64,000 nt of DNA from Amoebophrya sp. A120 (taxonomy: Eukaryota > Protista > Dinoflagellata), in the NCBI GenBank assembly GCA_905178155.1, contig CAJINV010000002.1, forward strand, positions 5,637,709 to 5,701,708, read 5' to 3'. The translations under genes were made by a program, and so were the position numbers. The notes below the pieces were generated by a model that saw nothing but the letters and a program-made list of their open reading frames with translations, ran no database searches and was not told the DNA's origin. This document shows, in pieces, positions 62,101 through 64,000 of this stretch. Every line of letters starts with the position of its first letter. Within the stretch, counting starts at the first letter, position 1.

Positions 62101-62193
62101 AAAAGCAGCAGCGCCTGCTCTCCCGCCCACGAGCCGGACCGAAACTTGATGTCATGTGCGGTTGTACACAACAAGGAAATTTTGTATACATGA
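56136..62193 (+). CDS. Large hypothetical multi-exon protein with N-terminal TM segment, fragmented by introners (5' linkage uncertain)
   Basis: In-frame joins after element removal: QEDV|QRAL, ERA|RE, EGLL|ARNK, KR|REPD and EIFE|PECD. Confidence 0.55.
58312..58568. mobile_element. Introner/MITE family A
   Basis: Flanked by GACGT/GACGT; close inverted sister of 60372-60630. Confidence 0.92.
59116..59262. mobile_element. Introner/MITE family D (147 bp)
   Basis: TATGAACTGCAAAAGTATCGTACTCGTA ... TACGAGTACGATACTTTTGCACAGGATA, flanked by CGGGC/CGGGC. Confidence 0.9.
59330..59610. mobile_element. Introner/MITE family A
   Basis: Family A TIRs, flanked by TCTTT/TCTTT. Confidence 0.9.
59674..60001. 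mobile_element. Introner/MITE family B
   Basis: Family B TIRs with imperfect repeat AGGGG/AGGAG. Confidence 0.85.
60372..60630. mobile_element. Introner/MITE family A (inverted sister of 58312-58568)
   Basis: Flanked by TTTTG/TTTTG. Confidence 0.92.
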
Positions 62194-63610
62194 TCTCTGC
62201 ACAGAAGTAGTACCTCCGAAAGACGACGTGATTTTTTCTGTCTCCCGAAGTTCGGACTCTAAAGCATTCAAATGTCGGTGCTTTTTTAGTAGAACTCGCC
62301 CCGCACATCGCATCAAAGCGCGTAACCCTTCTGGTGGGTGTCAAGGGAGTGGGAAGTCATTTGTTATTTCGCTTTCATAAAGAGGTGCTCCCGCCCGCCC
62401 GGGAGATGCGGATGGAGTCCGCGCGCCTGGGAGCAAAGCGCCGGCGCAAGCAAGGCCTGTTGCGCAAATTAAGCTGACACGGACTCCGCAACAGAAATCG
62501 AGCGGGGGTTTGTGGAGATGGTTCCTCAATTTGTTCGGGTTGGCAGCGTAATTATGAACATGCTTGCAGCGTTCGTTGAACAGGTGCTGGGAGCATTGAT
62601 GTAGAAAAGTTAAATTTCAGAGAGCCAGGTCAGTAAGTTGCTGGCGACCGATGATCGCTCGACGTTCTTTGATTCATACTAAATTATTTTTGCCATAAAA
62701 TTACACATTTTCAAGCTCATGGTTACATTCTCAACTGAGTAACCAGTCTTGATCCGCATTTTTGTTTTCTGCACAGCAGTGTCGCGTACGAAATCAATTT
62801 TTTCGTGCAGGAGTAGAACTAATACACCAGATTGTGATGTTGGAGAGACCGCTTTCCAGTTGACATCTGGGAGGTCCTGGAAGGCAATACAGCTACTCGG
62901 CAGCATTTGATAATGAAGCGCTCATGGAGATGAATAAAGACATCACTGAGCCTGTCGAGTAGTAGTTACAGAAGAGAGCAAGAATCGAATCCATTGCCAC
63001 AGCCTGAAGGAATGAAAAATATCGTGCATGTATGATTTCAAAGCCCACCCTGCTGACCTGACGCGATTACCTCGAGAAGTGTGTGCGCATTGGTACAAAG
63101 CACCACGTAATTGTTGACAAGGTGTTCGAAAACCTTTCTTTCTCTCTCGAATTTCTCATCGTGACAAATTCTGGAATGGTGGATCATCTGCGAAATCACT
63201 TGAAACCGATGCAACTCAGCTACAGGCACACGAAGCCTATCCGGGAACGAAGACGATAATTCTGTAAAAGCGGCGGCTTGATGATGTTTTGACCGCGACG
63301 TGGCTGCGTGGTTTTCATTTCTTGAGCTCCTATCAGCACCATTCGCAGCCTACCTAAAGATCCTGCTTTACATTTGCCTCTGTTCATGCCCGCGCGCGAT
63401 TTTGAAGTACTGCAGCATCAACAAAGTATTAATTAGTTCTTCCGTTTATTGTTCCCCACCTCCCCAAAAAGCAGTCGCTTTGGCACGACCAGCAACTTTG
63501 CTTCCAAAAGGAAGCGATTGTTTCGATTTAGGAGCAGTAGGTTTCCAATTTAGAATCTTCGTTTAAATTTAAATCCGATAAGTGAAGAACACCTTCGTAG
63601 ATCTGAAAAG

Positions 63611-64000
63611 ATGGCGAAGTCGTACGCCGTCGGTATCGATTTGGGTACGACGTACTCGTGCGTCGGCGTGATGAAGAACGACACGGTCGAGATCATCGCG
63701 AACGACCAGGGTAACCGGACCACCCCGTCCTACGTCGCTTTCACCGACACCGAGCGGCTGATCGGGGACGCCGCGAAAAACCAGTCCGCGCGCAACCCGG
63801 AAAACACCGTCTTCGACGCCAAGCGGCTGATCGGGCGCAAGTTCAACGACCCGGTGGTGCAGAGCGATATCAAATTGTGGCCGTTCAAGGTCATCGCTGG
63901 TTCGGGCGAGAAACCCATGATCGAGGTCACCTACCAGGCCGAGCAGAAGAAGTTCCACCCGGAAGAGATCTCCAGTATCACAAATTTTGTCTCTGCTTCT
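63611..64000 (+). CDS. HSP70: Cytosolic heat-shock protein 70, 5' part (first exon ends ~63975; gene runs off the window)
   Basis: [20 protein letters not shown]...[32 protein letters not shown]...[12 protein letters not shown]. Confidence 0.97.
   Translation, partial: MAKSYAVGIDLGTTYSCVGVMKNDTVEIIANDQGNRTTPSYVAFTDTERLIGDAAKNQSARNPENTVFDAKRLIGRKFNDPVVQSDIKLWPFKVIAGSGEKPMIEVTYQAEQKKFHPEEISSITNFVSAS

Noticed and set aside
63569-63958. 129-aa minus-strand ORF
   Set aside because: It is the well-known antisense shadow frame of HSP70.

Overview
Eukaryotic, alveolate-like genomic DNA; the intron architecture resembles that reported for the parasitic dinoflagellate Amoebophrya (inference). Recognisable genes are RRP7-like, SEC63, a GT64 glycosyltransferase, a GH128 glucanase, a PKA catalytic subunit, a CFAP97-like protein and the 5' end of a cytosolic HSP70, plus several hypothetical genes. 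Two systems dominate the window. (1) About 30 MITE-like inserts of ~145-330 bp from at least four TIR families. Nearly all end TAT...ATA and are flanked by a 5-bp direct repeat. They interrupt coding sequence as non-GT-AG introns (introners), and removing element plus one repeat restores the reading frame whichever way the element is oriented. (2) An apparently intact 8-kb tyrosine-recombinase (DIRS/Ngaro/PAT-type) retroelement at 24661-32668. It has split direct repeats, an unusual YR-gag-RT order, ORFs antisense to the A-B-A-B repeat layout, and four GT-AG introns in its gag-like gene. Also present: a retroposed insert nested in an introner, a palindromic minisatellite inside an introner, and a perfect 53-bp palindrome. 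Exon coordinates were read by eye.
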